35,458 nucleotides of DNA, taken from positions 5,762,703 through 5,798,160 of the forward strand of contig NC_068985.1 of NCBI RefSeq assembly GCF_001194135.2, in the 5' to 3' direction. The notes below the pieces were generated by a model. It searched no databases and was not told the DNA's origin. It saw only the letters and a program-made list of their open reading frames with translations. The translations under genes were made by a program, and so were the position numbers. This document shows, in pieces, positions 25,425 to 35,458 of this stretch. This DNA is from Octopus bimaculoides. Taxonomy: Eukaryota. Positions within the stretch are counted from its first letter, which is position 1; every line of letters starts with the position of its first letter.

Positions 25425-26195
25425 CCTGCTGTTTGTGTAACTGACAATGCCAAATTTGGAACAAGGTTTTCTAGGATTTTTCAGAGGTATTGGGTTGTCC
25501 GGAAAGTTCGTGCCGTTTTATAGTAGCTTACCTTTCGGCTTATTTGCCATGAAACCACCTCGCATCTGGGAAGAGGGTATTTTCAAGTTAAAGGAAAGAT
25601 GGAGACGCATTGTGGAACAAAATGGTTCATATTTCGTTGATTAAAAATGTAATGGCAAGTATCTATTGACCTTTTTCCTCCCTTTAAAAATCGGCACGAA
25701 CTTTCCGGACAATCCAATATATCACTACATATTTTTCTCGTCTTCGCTCCAAGAAACAGAGTCTTAACTCTCAGTCTCTTCCAGTAGCTGATATGTTGCA
25801 TTGTATCGATCATGTTTGTCTAGCTACGCCAGATCGCCTCGGGTTCCGTTGTAAATTTTACACTGTTTAGTGACAACAGTTTGGTGCAGTAATCAAGACA
25901 GCTGAGAACGAAAGTCCTCACGCTTTCCTTGTCTCTTGTTCTGAAAGTTCAAAGGATGTCTGCATTTTATTGCTAACTTAGTTGTATGCACCTGGAAAGA
26001 TGCATCATTACTCATATCGATGCCTTGGTCACGCACCGATTTTGATTCAGGGATTGCAGTCCCACATGGGCTAATGCATCCTATCTGCTTTTCATCGAGC
26101 TTCCTATGTTCGTAGCGCAAGGCTTGGAATTTTCCAACATTAAAATGCCTATTATTTATCTCAGCTGACCTGTATATTGCGTCCAACATCCTTAA
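25425..26195 (-). mobile_element. CR1-clade LINE ORF2 3' fragment, split by a mariner insertion
   Basis: FNVGKFQALRY..SVRDQGIDMSNDASFQVH..RTFVLSCLDYC..YWKRL..[insertion]..KILENLVPNFGIVSYTNSR. The reading continues across the insertion. Confidence 0.85.
25490..25717 (+). mobile_element. Internally deleted mariner (228 bp) with TA target-site duplication
   Basis: TIRs TTGGGTTGTCCGGAAAGTTCGTGCCG / CGGCACGAACTTTCCGGACAATCCAA, TA at 25488-89 and 25718-19. It retains the transposase C-terminus WEEGIFKLKERWRRIVEQNGSYFVD*. Confidence 0.9.
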
Positions 26196-26199
26196 ACAA

Positions 26200-26290
26200 C
26201 CCTGGAGACGGGTAGTTATGATGGGTATAATGGGCTTCGTATGTTTTACTCCAGTGTCACTTTGATGGCATGCACTGCTCTCTCACTCAA

Positions 26291-26346
<56 letters not shown>

Positions 26347-26392
26347 ATAATAATAATAATAATAATAATAATGATAATAATAATAATAATTG
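26200..26392 (+). repeat. Unclassified retroposon-like 3' end followed by (CTA)n(AAT)n
   Basis: A unique-looking segment ends abruptly in trinucleotide arrays. Family not identified. Confidence 0.4.
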
Positions 26393-26419
26393 GAACCGTT
26401 CAAATACTCCGGATGGTGT

Positions 26420-26675
26420 TCGAAAAATAATTTTCAAAAACCTGGACCTGCCCCCAATATAAAAACTGGTAGGAACACAAACCACATCCAGTGTTTGAAA
26501 AAGATCAAATCTCATTCTTTTGAAACTTCACCGTGACAGAAAGATAGATGCGTATAGGCAAGACATTATATTGAAAGACTTCATACAAAAATCGTGCCTC
26601 TTCATTGATATGACTGACCCAATCGACATAAATGTATCCGTCAAGATCTACCAAAAACTGAGCAAGTATAAACAT
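26420..26675 (+). mobile_element. R4/Dong RLE fragment (subfamily 2)
   Basis: KNW*EHKPHPVFEK..DRKIDAYRQDIILKDFIQKSCLFIDMTDPIDINVSVKIYQKLSKYK, matching the R-P-D..D..P-x-D..K..KY pattern. Confidence 0.8.
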
Positions 26676-26949
26676 TTTGTATGTTTTGCTTAATGTATGT
26701 ATTCTCATACATGTTGTCACATATCTAGACATGTCCAATTATAACTTTGATAACTTTGATAGGTTTCGCTTATATAGGCCCATGCCACGTCTAACTCAAT
26801 AGCACCACCCGGTGAAGTCTCTTAGTCATATATGGGGTACCATGGCCCACACTAGCAAAGAGTTATTATTGTTGGAGACATATCCGAGTGTAGGAGGCTG
26901 GTCCGGAATTTTTTGAAGAAATTTGGCCAGTGAACTTTTGAATTTCATG

Positions 26950-27052
26950 GGATGGATTGGAACTGTAGTCTTCGAATTAGCTTTCTTTCTCCATTCTGTT
27001 TTGACAAGTCTAATTTCTCAAGATTGGTATTTAGGCAGCGTGTTAAATATTT
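26950..27052 (-). mobile_element. Short fragment of the same R4 family as 962-1405
   Basis: CLNTNLEKLDLSKQNGERKLIRRLQFQSI aligns with the first copy. A homologous 3'UTR piece lies at about 26680-26760. Confidence 0.75.
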
Positions 27053-27054
27053 AT

Positions 27055-27342
27055 GTATGTATGTATGTATGTGCGTGTATGTGAGTGTGTGTGTGTATGT
27101 GAGTGTGTGTGTGTATGTGTGTGTGTGTGTGTATGTGAGTGTGTGTGTGTGTGTGTGTGTGTATGTGAGAGTGTGTGTGTGTGTATGCATTTACGTATAT
27201 GCGTGTTTGTTTAGCTGACATATCTTAATATCACATGAGAAATTTCTGCTGAAAGATTAATATTTACCTAACAGAAAGCAAACCACAAAGAATACTGTAA
27301 CCAACTAAGTCATAAGTGCGTGTTTATTTCTTCCTTGAACAC

Positions 27343-27432
<90 letters not shown>

Positions 27433-27630
27433 TCCACCTACACGTATGCGCATGCATGTCCACATGCACACACACACACACACATACACTCACACACAAA
27501 CACACACAGTAAAAACAACGACAGCAACAAAAATATTTCATGTCTACTCTTCCAGACGAATGATAAAAAGAACGGAATACCATTTTACCTTCTATCTAGT
27601 AATACTGATCTGTAAAAAGGTCATAACTGA

Positions 27631-27692
<62 letters not shown>

Positions 27693-27715
27693 TAATAATA
27701 ATAATAATAAAGGCA
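27055..27715. repeat. (TG)n, (CA)n and (AAT)n microsatellites
   Basis: Directly visible. Confidence 0.9.
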
Positions 27716-28035
27716 GTGACAGGAGATCAACAACCAACATATCACCATGAAAGAAAGAGAAAAGGTTGATAAATATGGAGACCTGAGAATTGAGGTCGCT
27801 AAGATGTGTCAGCCATGAGAGTCAAACATAATGGTTATCCGTGTTATCATCGGAGCATTGGGCACAATACAACCCAATCTGAAAAAAAAAAAAATCTGAA
27901 AACTTTAGAAATACTCTACAATCTAGGTGTATTGCGAAAGTCGGCATTACCTGGAACTGCACGCATATTGTGTAAAGTATTGTTTGTCTGAGGTCCTTGT
28001 TGTGACTTGACAAACTGTACAAACCCTCGGTAAAA
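27713..28035 (+). mobile_element. R4/Dong 3' end (subfamily 3)
   Basis: AVTGDQ..MKEREKVDKYGDLRIEVAKM..VIRVIIGALGTI..LYNLGVLRKSALPGTARILCKVLFV*. Confidence 0.8.
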
Positions 28036-28074
28036 ATGTGGTATGAGGAACTCCAAAAGGAGTAAAAAAACATG

Positions 28075-28330
28075 AGAATTGCAAAAATCCTGTCGGTTGT
28101 AATGATCCAGTGCGATCGCCTGACCAGACATCGGAAACCGGACATCGTTGGGGTGAATAAAAAACGAAAGAGCATGTATGGTGATCGACAAAGCATGCCC
28201 TAGTGATGACAGAATCGATGTGAAAGAAGAAGAAGAAATAAACAGCTAAGACAATTTAAAGTGGGAAATACGAAGGTTATGGTCAATGAAGAGAGTTAGA
28301 CGTGATACCAAGAGTAATTCGCGCACTCTT
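28075..28330 (+). mobile_element. R4/Dong RLE fragment (subfamily 4)
   Basis: AKILSVVMIQCDRLTRHRKPDIVGVNKK..CMVIDKACPSDDRIDVKEEEEINS*DNLKWEIRRLWSMKRV, with frameshifts. Confidence 0.8.
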
Positions 28331-28344
28331 CTTCTTCTTCTTCT

Positions 28345-28369
28345 TCTTCTTCTAATTTTATTATTATTA

Positions 28370-28434
<65 letters not shown>

Positions 28435-28651
28435 GTTATTACCTCCATTCTTTTTTCATCTGGTTTATGTATATCGCTCCTCAGCTGATTCCTGCAACTA
28501 AGAGTCGCAACATCCTCCTCACCACATGTTCTCTTCCAGTATGGCTGCTACCAGTACACTTCGTATGAAGCTTGATCTTCTCATCTTTTCATGCCAGAAC
28601 ATTGCTTTCTCTCAGAAGCTCCCAAGTGTACTTATCATTATAGGTTACCAC
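28345..28651 (-). mobile_element. R4/Dong 3' end (subfamily 5) with (TAA)n tail
   Basis: PIMISTLGSF..VAAILE..HVVRRMLRL resembles the PIIIGALG..KAAILGTAHILRRVL terminus. It runs into (TAA)n at 28345-28440. Confidence 0.6.
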
Positions 28652-28689
28652 TCACGTTTAAACGTCTATGGATGCGTTGCACGTCTAGT

Positions 28690-29020
28690 GGAGGCGTGTG
28701 GCTTAGCTTCTTGCACGCGTGGCTTAGCTTCTTGCACGCGTGGCTTAGCTTCTTGCACTCGTGGCTTAGCTTCTTGCACGCGTGGCTTAGCTTCTTGCAC
28801 GCGTGGTCCTAAAATTGTGGTTTCGATTCCTGGATCGAGCAACACGTTGTTTTCTTGAGCAAAGCGCTTCATTTCACGTTGCTCCAGTCCACTCAGCTAG
28901 CAATGAGGAGACACGCTGCGTCGGATCGGCGTCCCGTCCAGGTGAGGGATTATATATGCCATGAAACCAGGAAATCGGCCCTTATGAATCAACATGTCTC
29001 GAGAAGGTAAATTCACTTTA
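28690..29020 (+). mobile_element. tRNA-derived SINE, family C, with a 21-bp x5 tandem repeat in its head
   Basis: GTGGCTTAGCTTCTTGCACGC x5.2 (28698-28806), B-box GTTTCGATTCC, body cttgagcaaagcgcttcatttcacgttgctccagtccactcagc. Confidence 0.7.
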
Positions 29021-29070
29021 TGAGAAGAAAAGATTCTCACTCTCTGTCTTCACAATGTTCTAGTTTGGAA

Positions 29071-29286
29071 AGGCGGTGAGCAGGCAGAAACGTTAGCACA
29101 CCGGGCGAAATGCTTAGCGGTATTTCGTCTCTCTTTACGTTCTGAGTTCAAATTCCGCCGAGGTCACCTTTGCCGTTCATTCCTTCGGGGTCGATAAATT
29201 GACTACCAGTTGCGTACTGGGGTCGATCTAATCGACTGGCCCCCTCCCCCAAAATTTCGATCCTTGTGCCTGGAGTAGAAAATAAT
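29071..29286 (+). mobile_element. SINE family A, full length (tail type 2)
   Basis: Head ggcggtgagcaggcagaaacgttagc, B-box gagttcaaattcc, core and tail present. Confidence 0.9.
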
Positions 29287-29704
29287 CTCGTTTGCAGGCA
29301 TGTGTACGTCGATGAAAGTGTAATCTTTGGACTCTTTCCGTTGGAGATTCATACTTGCTTGATTATGTTGCAGCTTCTTATCTCATTACCATGACGTATT
29401 CTGCGAGAGTTTCACTTGATTAGCTTCTGCTGGTTGGTGCTCTTATCACTCATAAGAGTTTGGGGGGGGGCACTATAGCCCATAGGTCCTACACAATTCT
29501 CAGTATATTCGCAAAGCCTCTTCGTCATGACACTTTTTGTATCTCTTTGGGCCAGTTTTTAGCATCCACTAATTATATTTCTAAACATCTCAGGCAATTT
29601 TTTTCACATAATCTATACAAAGATAATACTGCTCCTTTGTTTTTTAATAAATAGTACATTTGATTGAGTTGGTTCGATAAGCTTTTCTTCAAAAATCTGG
29701 TTAA

Positions 29705-30129
29705 CTCCCAGTTTTTGACCCGAGCGAAAAAATGAAAAGAATTAGTGTAATAGATGCAAAAAACATGTTGTAAACGAATATGAAAAAAAAAGTGCGCTGG
29801 TGAACGGTGGTGGGGAGAGGACTCGGAAAATTCACATCGAGAGTGTTCCAAGTCCTCTCAACACTTCTTAGTTCGTCGGCGCAATTTTTTGACTTCACAT
29901 TCTTTTACTACACATTATTTTACACCTACTACACAATTTTCCCCATTTTTTTGATGGGGTGTTAACGTTGAGTTTTCGGATCCTGTGAGTTTGATCGTGT
30001 AAATTTTCCGAGTCCCCCCACCTTGTTTGCCAGCGCGCATTATTTTTTTCACTTTCGTTTACTACATGTTGCTTTACACCTATTACACTATCTTTATTTT
30101 CATTATTTTGCTCGGGTAAAAAACTGGAG
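29705..30129. mobile_element. MITE with about 130-bp terminal inverted repeats, possibly piggyBac-like
   Basis: 29705-29840 pairs with 29995-30129. Flanks are ttaa|ctcccag and ctggag|gtttaa (imperfect TTAA). Confidence 0.7.
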
Positions 30130-30134
30130 GTTTA

Positions 30135-30458
30135 ATCGATTTAATACCTTTATTTATCCTTGTTTGTCCCTCTATGTTTAGCCCCCTGTGGGGAATAAAG
30201 AAGTAAATATACTACTAAGTCTAAGGGTGGTGAGCTGACAGAATCGTTAGCACGCCAGGCGAAATGCTTATCGCTGTTTCATCTGCAGCTACGCTCTGAG
30301 TTCAAATTCTACCGAGGTCGACTTTGAATTTCATCCTCTCGGTATCGATTAAATAAGTACCAGTTACACACTGGGTCGATGTAATCGATTTAATACCTTT
30401 ATTTGTCCTTGTTTCTCCCCTCTATGTTTAGCCCCCTGCGGGCAATAAAGAAATAAAT
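30135..30458 (+). mobile_element. SINE family A tail fragment followed by a full copy (tail type 1)
   Basis: Tail at 30135-30207 and a full unit at 30224-30458. Confidence 0.85.
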
Positions 30459-31322
30459 ATTCTACAAACTCTACTAAGCGATTATCATACGTATTGACCA
30501 TCCAAGTAACAATATATTTTTTGTTCTCCCTGTTTTCGGATGGAAATGTACGACCGAAAAACGATGCCCTGGAAGGTGTTGAGTTTTATATACGACGAGA
30601 TTTCGTGTCTCACCGCCATTAGATTTCGTAGTTTTCGATATTTTAATCGACATGTAGCAAGCGATACAGGGAAAATGGATAATCGAATTTTATATATGAA
30701 CATAATTGCAGCTGTTAACGTGTTAAATGGAGAAAAAGAGACGTGAAATTAGGAAAAAACACCAGAGCAGTGAAAAAATTATAACATTATTACTCAGTTT
30801 ATACCACTGGATAAAATATAGATACAATTCCCAATTTATGTAAAACGCATTTCTACATATAGCCGACCGGAGACACACACTACAACATGTTCGTCTGAAG
30901 CCAGTTACACAAACTGATATTCCAGGCTCATAAATATCGCACACACATACACACACACTCCATGAATACATATACATAGAGAAGTAGATTATTCTGAAGT
31001 ATTCTAGTTTCCCATATCGGTATGTTTGTCAAATCGAATAAATATCGTTACTGATGCAGTAATATCACTATGCAACGTGTACGTATATTTGTAGAATATC
31101 TTGCGATAACAAAAATGCATTAAGTTTATTATATACCATAAAGCGTAGATATGCGATGCATGTTTCTCATTAAAAAGTAATAAAATTGAAGGTCAATATG
31201 GAAGCAGGAGAGCAAGGCAGAATAAATGAAATTTTATTATACAGAGGTTCTCAAAATATTTTCTGATACCATCGTTGAACTAGCTAGAAAGAGAACCTGG
31301 ATATCCTTCGAATAAAACACTG

Positions 31323-32400
31323 ATTTTTTTATTAGGCATAAAGCCCTAAACATAGATGGGGACACCACAAGGACAGACAAGACCACAGTGGGGACAAAAA
31401 ACATAAAACGAATGTAAGTGAAATGAAAGTTATATAAAAATGAAAAAATGAAAATCGACGCATGGGTCCCACTTCCATGCAGTACCATTTGAACCGTTAT
31501 ATGTATTATCTACAATTTTTCTTTTTTCTTCCTTTAATTTCATACTCCTTTTTTATCTTTAGTAGAACTTCATTAGTGGTTCAATATCTCTTAAATCCAC
31601 CACTGGTGGTAACTCTTTTAAATTTCACCTCCACTCCTGGCGGGTCAATGTTATCTCCACACATCTCTTTCAACTTTCTGTAGTTTTCCTCTTCGATCAA
31701 TATTGCTTTCATATCATCTGCGTAGACGTATGAAGGCACCTTCACTCTTACTATTAAATGAAACTTGATTATCTTTTTCTCAGTTTCAACATATTTTGGG
31801 TACGTGACATAACACCACACTCCATCTCCTCCTCGTATCTTCTTTCTTTTCTCTTGGACTTTTGGTTCTCTCTTTTCTTCCTCTATAAATAGTCTCTCCA
31901 TCTCACCTTCATACAGTTGGGTTTCCAACTCTTTCTCCACTGGTAACTCCACTTTCTTTTTACTTTCTTTTTCCTTCCTACTGCCCTCCACAGTTTCTTT
32001 TCTCACCTCTTCTCTCGTCTTTTTCTGCTTCTCTGGCAGAGAACTCATTCCTCCGCTCCTCCTTCTTTTCTTTTTAACCATAGTAAATCCCTTCTCCGTT
32101 TCTTTGTCTGTTGCCTTGCCCTGTACTACCTGGTCCACACCCTCCTGTCTCTCCTCCTGTTCTGTTTGTGTCTTTCTTTGGGCGCACCACGCCTTCATGT
32201 GGCCTCTTTCTCCACATGTGAAACACACCGGTGGCCAACCCTCCCCAGTAACTCTCAGCTACATATTTTCTGGCAGCACAATGTCCTCCACCACACGGTT
32301 CAAGTCCTCTGTTGTTGCCTGAATCGTTAATTCGATCCCCTATCCCCAGTAATCTACCTTCTGGGTCCTGGTAGCCTTCACTCTAATAAAACACTGAAGT
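31323..32400 (-). mobile_element. ORF1-only L1/Tx1-like non-autonomous retroelement
   Basis: Gag-like ORF with a CCHC knuckle. The stop at 31581 lies only about 250 nt from AATAAA and an A-rich end. No EN or RT ORF is present. Confidence 0.65.
31581..32228 (-). pseudogene. ORF1p (gag-like) C-terminal part with zinc knuckle CFTCGERGHMKAWC and a K/E-rich region
   Basis: Open for 215 codons. The upstream in-frame extension (..LPENM*LRVTGEGWPPV) contains TAG stops. The xEGxPxxC-CCHC context is typical of L1/Tx1 ORF1. Confidence 0.75.
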
Positions 32401-32499
32401 CTTAAATAGCTGAGGTACACTAATTAACCGTTTTTATTATGAGCACAAGTCCTACAACTTTTGTGGGAACGGACTAGTCCATTACCTCGACCCCCCAGT

Positions 32500-32868
32500 A
32501 CAGTTCTATATTTAAGAGATGAGTAATTATGTACATTATTTACCTTATTTACATTTGACGGATATTTATCCTCATCTTGTGTGTTGTTAACACAACGTTT
32601 CGGCTGATATATCCTCCAGCCTTCATCAGGTGTCTTGGGGAAGTTTCGAACACGTGATCTCATTCCTGAGGTATTTTTCGATGTTATTATGATTATGATT
32701 ATGATTATTATTATTGAAATCCCTTAGGAATGAGAACCCATGCTCGAAATTTCCCCCAAGACACCTCATTGAAAGCTGGAGGGCATATCAGCCGACACGT
32801 TGTGTTAACAACAAACAAGACGAGGACAAATATAAAAATGAGGAAAAATGTAAAAATGTAGATAATGT
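32500..32868. mobile_element. Second palindromic Penelope pLTR-like element
   Basis: Arms at about 32530-32672 and 32722-32868 surround an (ATT)n centre, and match the arm sequence at 4.0-4.3 kb. Confidence 0.8.
32589..32634 (-). ncRNA. Minimal type-I hammerhead ribozyme, complete core
   Basis: GACAC-CUGAUGA-A-GGCUG[GAGGAUAUAU]CAGCC-GAA-ACGU-U/GUGUU. Stem I has 5 bp, stem II has 5 bp, stem III is the palindrome ACGU, and the cleavage triplet is GUU. Confidence 0.75.
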
Positions 32869-33033
32869 ATCGACCCCAATGTTCAACTGGTACTTATTTT
32901 ATCCAGTCCCGAAAAAAGATGACAGAAAGATGACAGATGAACTAGGGGAGACTTGCATTCACAACGTGAAGACGGATGAAATGCCGCCAATCATTTTCCC
33001 CGGCAAGCCAACGATTCTCCTCGCTCACCGCTT
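32865..33033 (-). mobile_element. Diverged SINE family A head and body; a matching tail lies at about 32420-32497
   Basis: Minus strand aagcggtgagcgag..aataagtaccagttgaacattggggtcgata. Confidence 0.65.
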
Positions 33034-33062
33034 TAATAGGTGTATTTAATAATTTTTTCTGT

Positions 33063-33226
33063 TATAAGCACAAGGCCAGACATTTTGGGGAGGAGACTAG
33101 TCGATTACATCGATCTCAGTGTTTCACTGGTACTTAATTTATCGACCTCCGAAAGGATGAAAGATAAAGTCGACCTCGGTGGAATTTGAACTTAGAACGT
33201 AGCATTTCGTCCAGCGTGCTAACGAA
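33063..33226 (-). mobile_element. SINE family A copy (tail type 2)
   Basis: The reverse complement matches 29100-29280. Confidence 0.85.
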
Positions 33227-33961
33227 TAAGTACATTTAATAATGTGATCCTACCTACACTGTTTTTGAAGTGATACATTAAATGATTTCTTCCAGTTTTT
33301 GGCACAAGGCCAGCAAGTCGTTGGGACAGTGCTTGAAAACAAAACTGGACATGTTAATATTTACTTCATAGGTCTAATTTAGGTAAGGTAACTGGGAAAC
33401 AAACAGCAAGAACAGGAAAGCAAACAACGTCACTCTAGTAAACAATGTTTGAGATTCTTCTCTCCATCAATGTAAAAGCAAGACATTAAATTATATTAAA
33501 TATAAGTACAGTAGCAAGTGATGTAGAGAACGAGGGACTTCAGTATGTTTCTACTACATCGTTGTACTAATTTAGCAATATTCATATGCATTATACCTGG
33601 GGAATCAACCGAGTGCCACATACCAATTTGCATGAGCCGACCGATATCTAGAATAGGCATTTTGTATATTTTCTCCTTCATGATTGCATTGATCAGAAGC
33701 ATTGAGCTAAAGTATTTCAGGATGAATGACGAGCCATTATACTAACAGAGAGGAAGTAAATATCATATATATATCATATATTATATTATATATATATATT
33801 ATTTATGTGTGTATGTATTTCACTGCAGTAAAGATTTAAACCAATTCATGATAACCATTTATGAAAGTCACGATACAAAATCCCGCACAAATACCGAAAA
33901 GAAAGCACAAACAAACTCGCTTTCCACTATGTCAACGTTCCCGACTGCTTCCTTTCATCAG

Positions 33962-34015
33962 ATAGAAGAAGAAAACCAAGAGGAGGAAGCTTCAGAAATG
34001 CAGAGGATAAGCCTG
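33962..34015 (+). CDS. Candidate 54-nt symmetric exon (IEEENQEEEASEMQRISL or xRRRKPRGGSFRNAEDKP)
   Basis: tgcttcctttcatcAG|...agcctg|GTGAGA. Purine-rich, with two open frames. No homology recognised. Confidence 0.3.
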
Positions 34016-34294
34016 GTGAGATCACAAATATATAATGAGAGATCAAATGCTACATTTACTTAATTTGAATTCTTAACAAGGAAGCAAACATGAAAGAAGA
34101 CACTATAAATGAGATATTGTAGCTGATCGGATGCAGCAAGTAATTTCTCTTAAATCCATAGAATACGTAGTCTTAGACAAGAGAGACGCAAAGCGCAAAA
34201 CGTTTCCTCATGTGGGAGGAATCAGAAAAACGAAGTTAAACATTTACACAAAGTAACACACACATACGGACACACGCACTCAAATAAACAGAAT

Positions 34295-34330
<36 letters not shown>

Positions 34331-34788
34331 NNNNNNNNNNNNNNNNNNNNNNNNNNNNNNNNNNNNNNNNNNNNNNNNNNNNNNNNNNNNNNNNNNNNNN
34401 NNNNNNNNNNNNNNNNNNNNNNNNNNNNNNNNNNNNNNNNNNNNNNNNNNNNNNNNNNNNNNNNNNNNNNNNNNNNNNNNNNNNNNNNNNNNNNNNNNNN
34501 NNNNNNNNNNNNNNNNNNNNNNNNNNNNNNNNNNNNNNNNNNNNNNNNNNNNNNNNNNNNNNNNNNNNNNNNNNNNNNNNNNNNNNNNNNNNNNNNNNNN
34601 NNNNNNNNNNNNNNNNNNNNNNNNNNNNNNNNNNNNNNNNNNNNNNNNNNNNNNNNNNNNNNNNNNNNNNNNNNNNNNNNNNNNNNNNNNNNNNNNNNNN
34701 NNNNNNNNNNNNNNNNNNNNNNNNNNNNNNNNNNNNNNNNNNNNNNNNNNNNNNNNNNNNNNNNNNNNNNNNNNNNNNNNNNNNNNNN

Positions 34789-34830
<42 letters not shown>

Positions 34831-34929
34831 TCACACACACATATATGTATATATGTATATATATCGATATACATACATATATTTATGTGTGTGTGCGTGT
34901 GTGTGTGTGCGTGCGTGCGGGTGTGAGCG

Positions 34930-35095
34930 TGTGTTGATGTGTTTACGTCCCGAAAACCTAGCAGTTCGGTAAAAGACACCGATAAAATAAGTACAAGTCT
35001 TTACAAAAAATTAAAATGACTGAAATCCTGCAAGTCGGTACCCCAGCATGGCCGGCCACAATCTAATGACGGAAACAAGATATAAATCAAAAGAT
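34930..35095 (+). mobile_element. Diverged SINE family B 3' half
   Basis: gtgtttacgtcccg..agcatggcc follows a microsatellite and gap block. Confidence 0.7.
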
Positions 35096-35334
35096 ATATA
35101 CATACAAATAAGCACCAAAATCAGAAAATGATTCTCTATTTAGAGTTCTTTCACCACTTCTATATACATACGCGTACATGCAATACATCTGTTTGTATGT
35201 ATACGTAACTATATGTATATATATATATATACACATACATATATATACCTATTCTCCCTCTATATACGTAAATATGGGAACGTATGCACACAAACACACA
35301 CACCCACACATATATATATATATGTGTGTGTGTA

Positions 35335-35458
35335 TTTGTGTGTCTGTGTTTGTCCCCCCACCATCGCTTGAAAACCGATGCTGGTGTGTTTACGTCCCCG
35401 TAACCTAGCGGTTCGGCAAAAAGAGACCGACAGAATAAGTACTAGGCTTCCAAAGAAG
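35335..35458 (+). mobile_element. SINE family B 3' half, cut by the window end
   Basis: Matches 2165-2280. Confidence 0.85.

Noticed and set aside
28698-28806. Regular repeat as a possible CRISPR array
   Set aside because: The units are contiguous with no spacers, and the context is a eukaryotic SINE.
28666-28872. ORF with RVQEAKP repeats
   Set aside because: It is the antisense translation of the 21-bp repeat in the SINE head.
31700-31745. YADD inside the ORF1 frame (VKVPSYVYADDMKAIL)
   Set aside because: It resembles the RT catalytic motif, but no other RT motifs flank it, so it is probably coincidental. An RT HMM search would settle it.
33930-33965. CTGATGA on the minus strand
   Set aside because: There is no stem II and no GAAA, so it is not a hammerhead.
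844-35408. Dozens of long ORFs made of YI/CV/HT/LS repeats or X runs
   Set aside because: They are translations of microsatellites and N gaps, not genes.

Overview
AT-rich eukaryotic DNA, very dense in microsatellites, with many N gaps. The SINE families and repeat density suggest an octopus/cephalopod genome (inference). I could not confidently recognise any host gene; only weak exon candidates exist. Most ORFs in the track are microsatellite or gap artefacts. The window is mainly a mosaic of mobile elements: two to three tRNA-derived SINE families, RTE and CR1 LINE fragments, five distinct R4/Dong-type restriction-like-endonuclease retrotransposon fragments next to (TAA)n or (TACA)n, a mariner derivative nested in a CR1, and several MITE/fold-back palindromes. 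Two systems stand out. (1) At 4.0-4.3 kb and 32.5-32.9 kb there are head-to-head palindromic, non-coding elements whose arms carry a Penelope-type minimal hammerhead ribozyme motif. The motif is complete on the minus strand at 32589-32634. One locus joins this tail to a tRNA-derived Pol III head, which suggests a ribozyme-bearing, Penelope-mobilised SINE. (2) At 31.3-32.4 kb there is an ORF1-only (CCHC) L1/Tx1-like element whose 3' end matches the tail of the local SINE family. All protein assignments were made by manual translation and motif recall, not database search.
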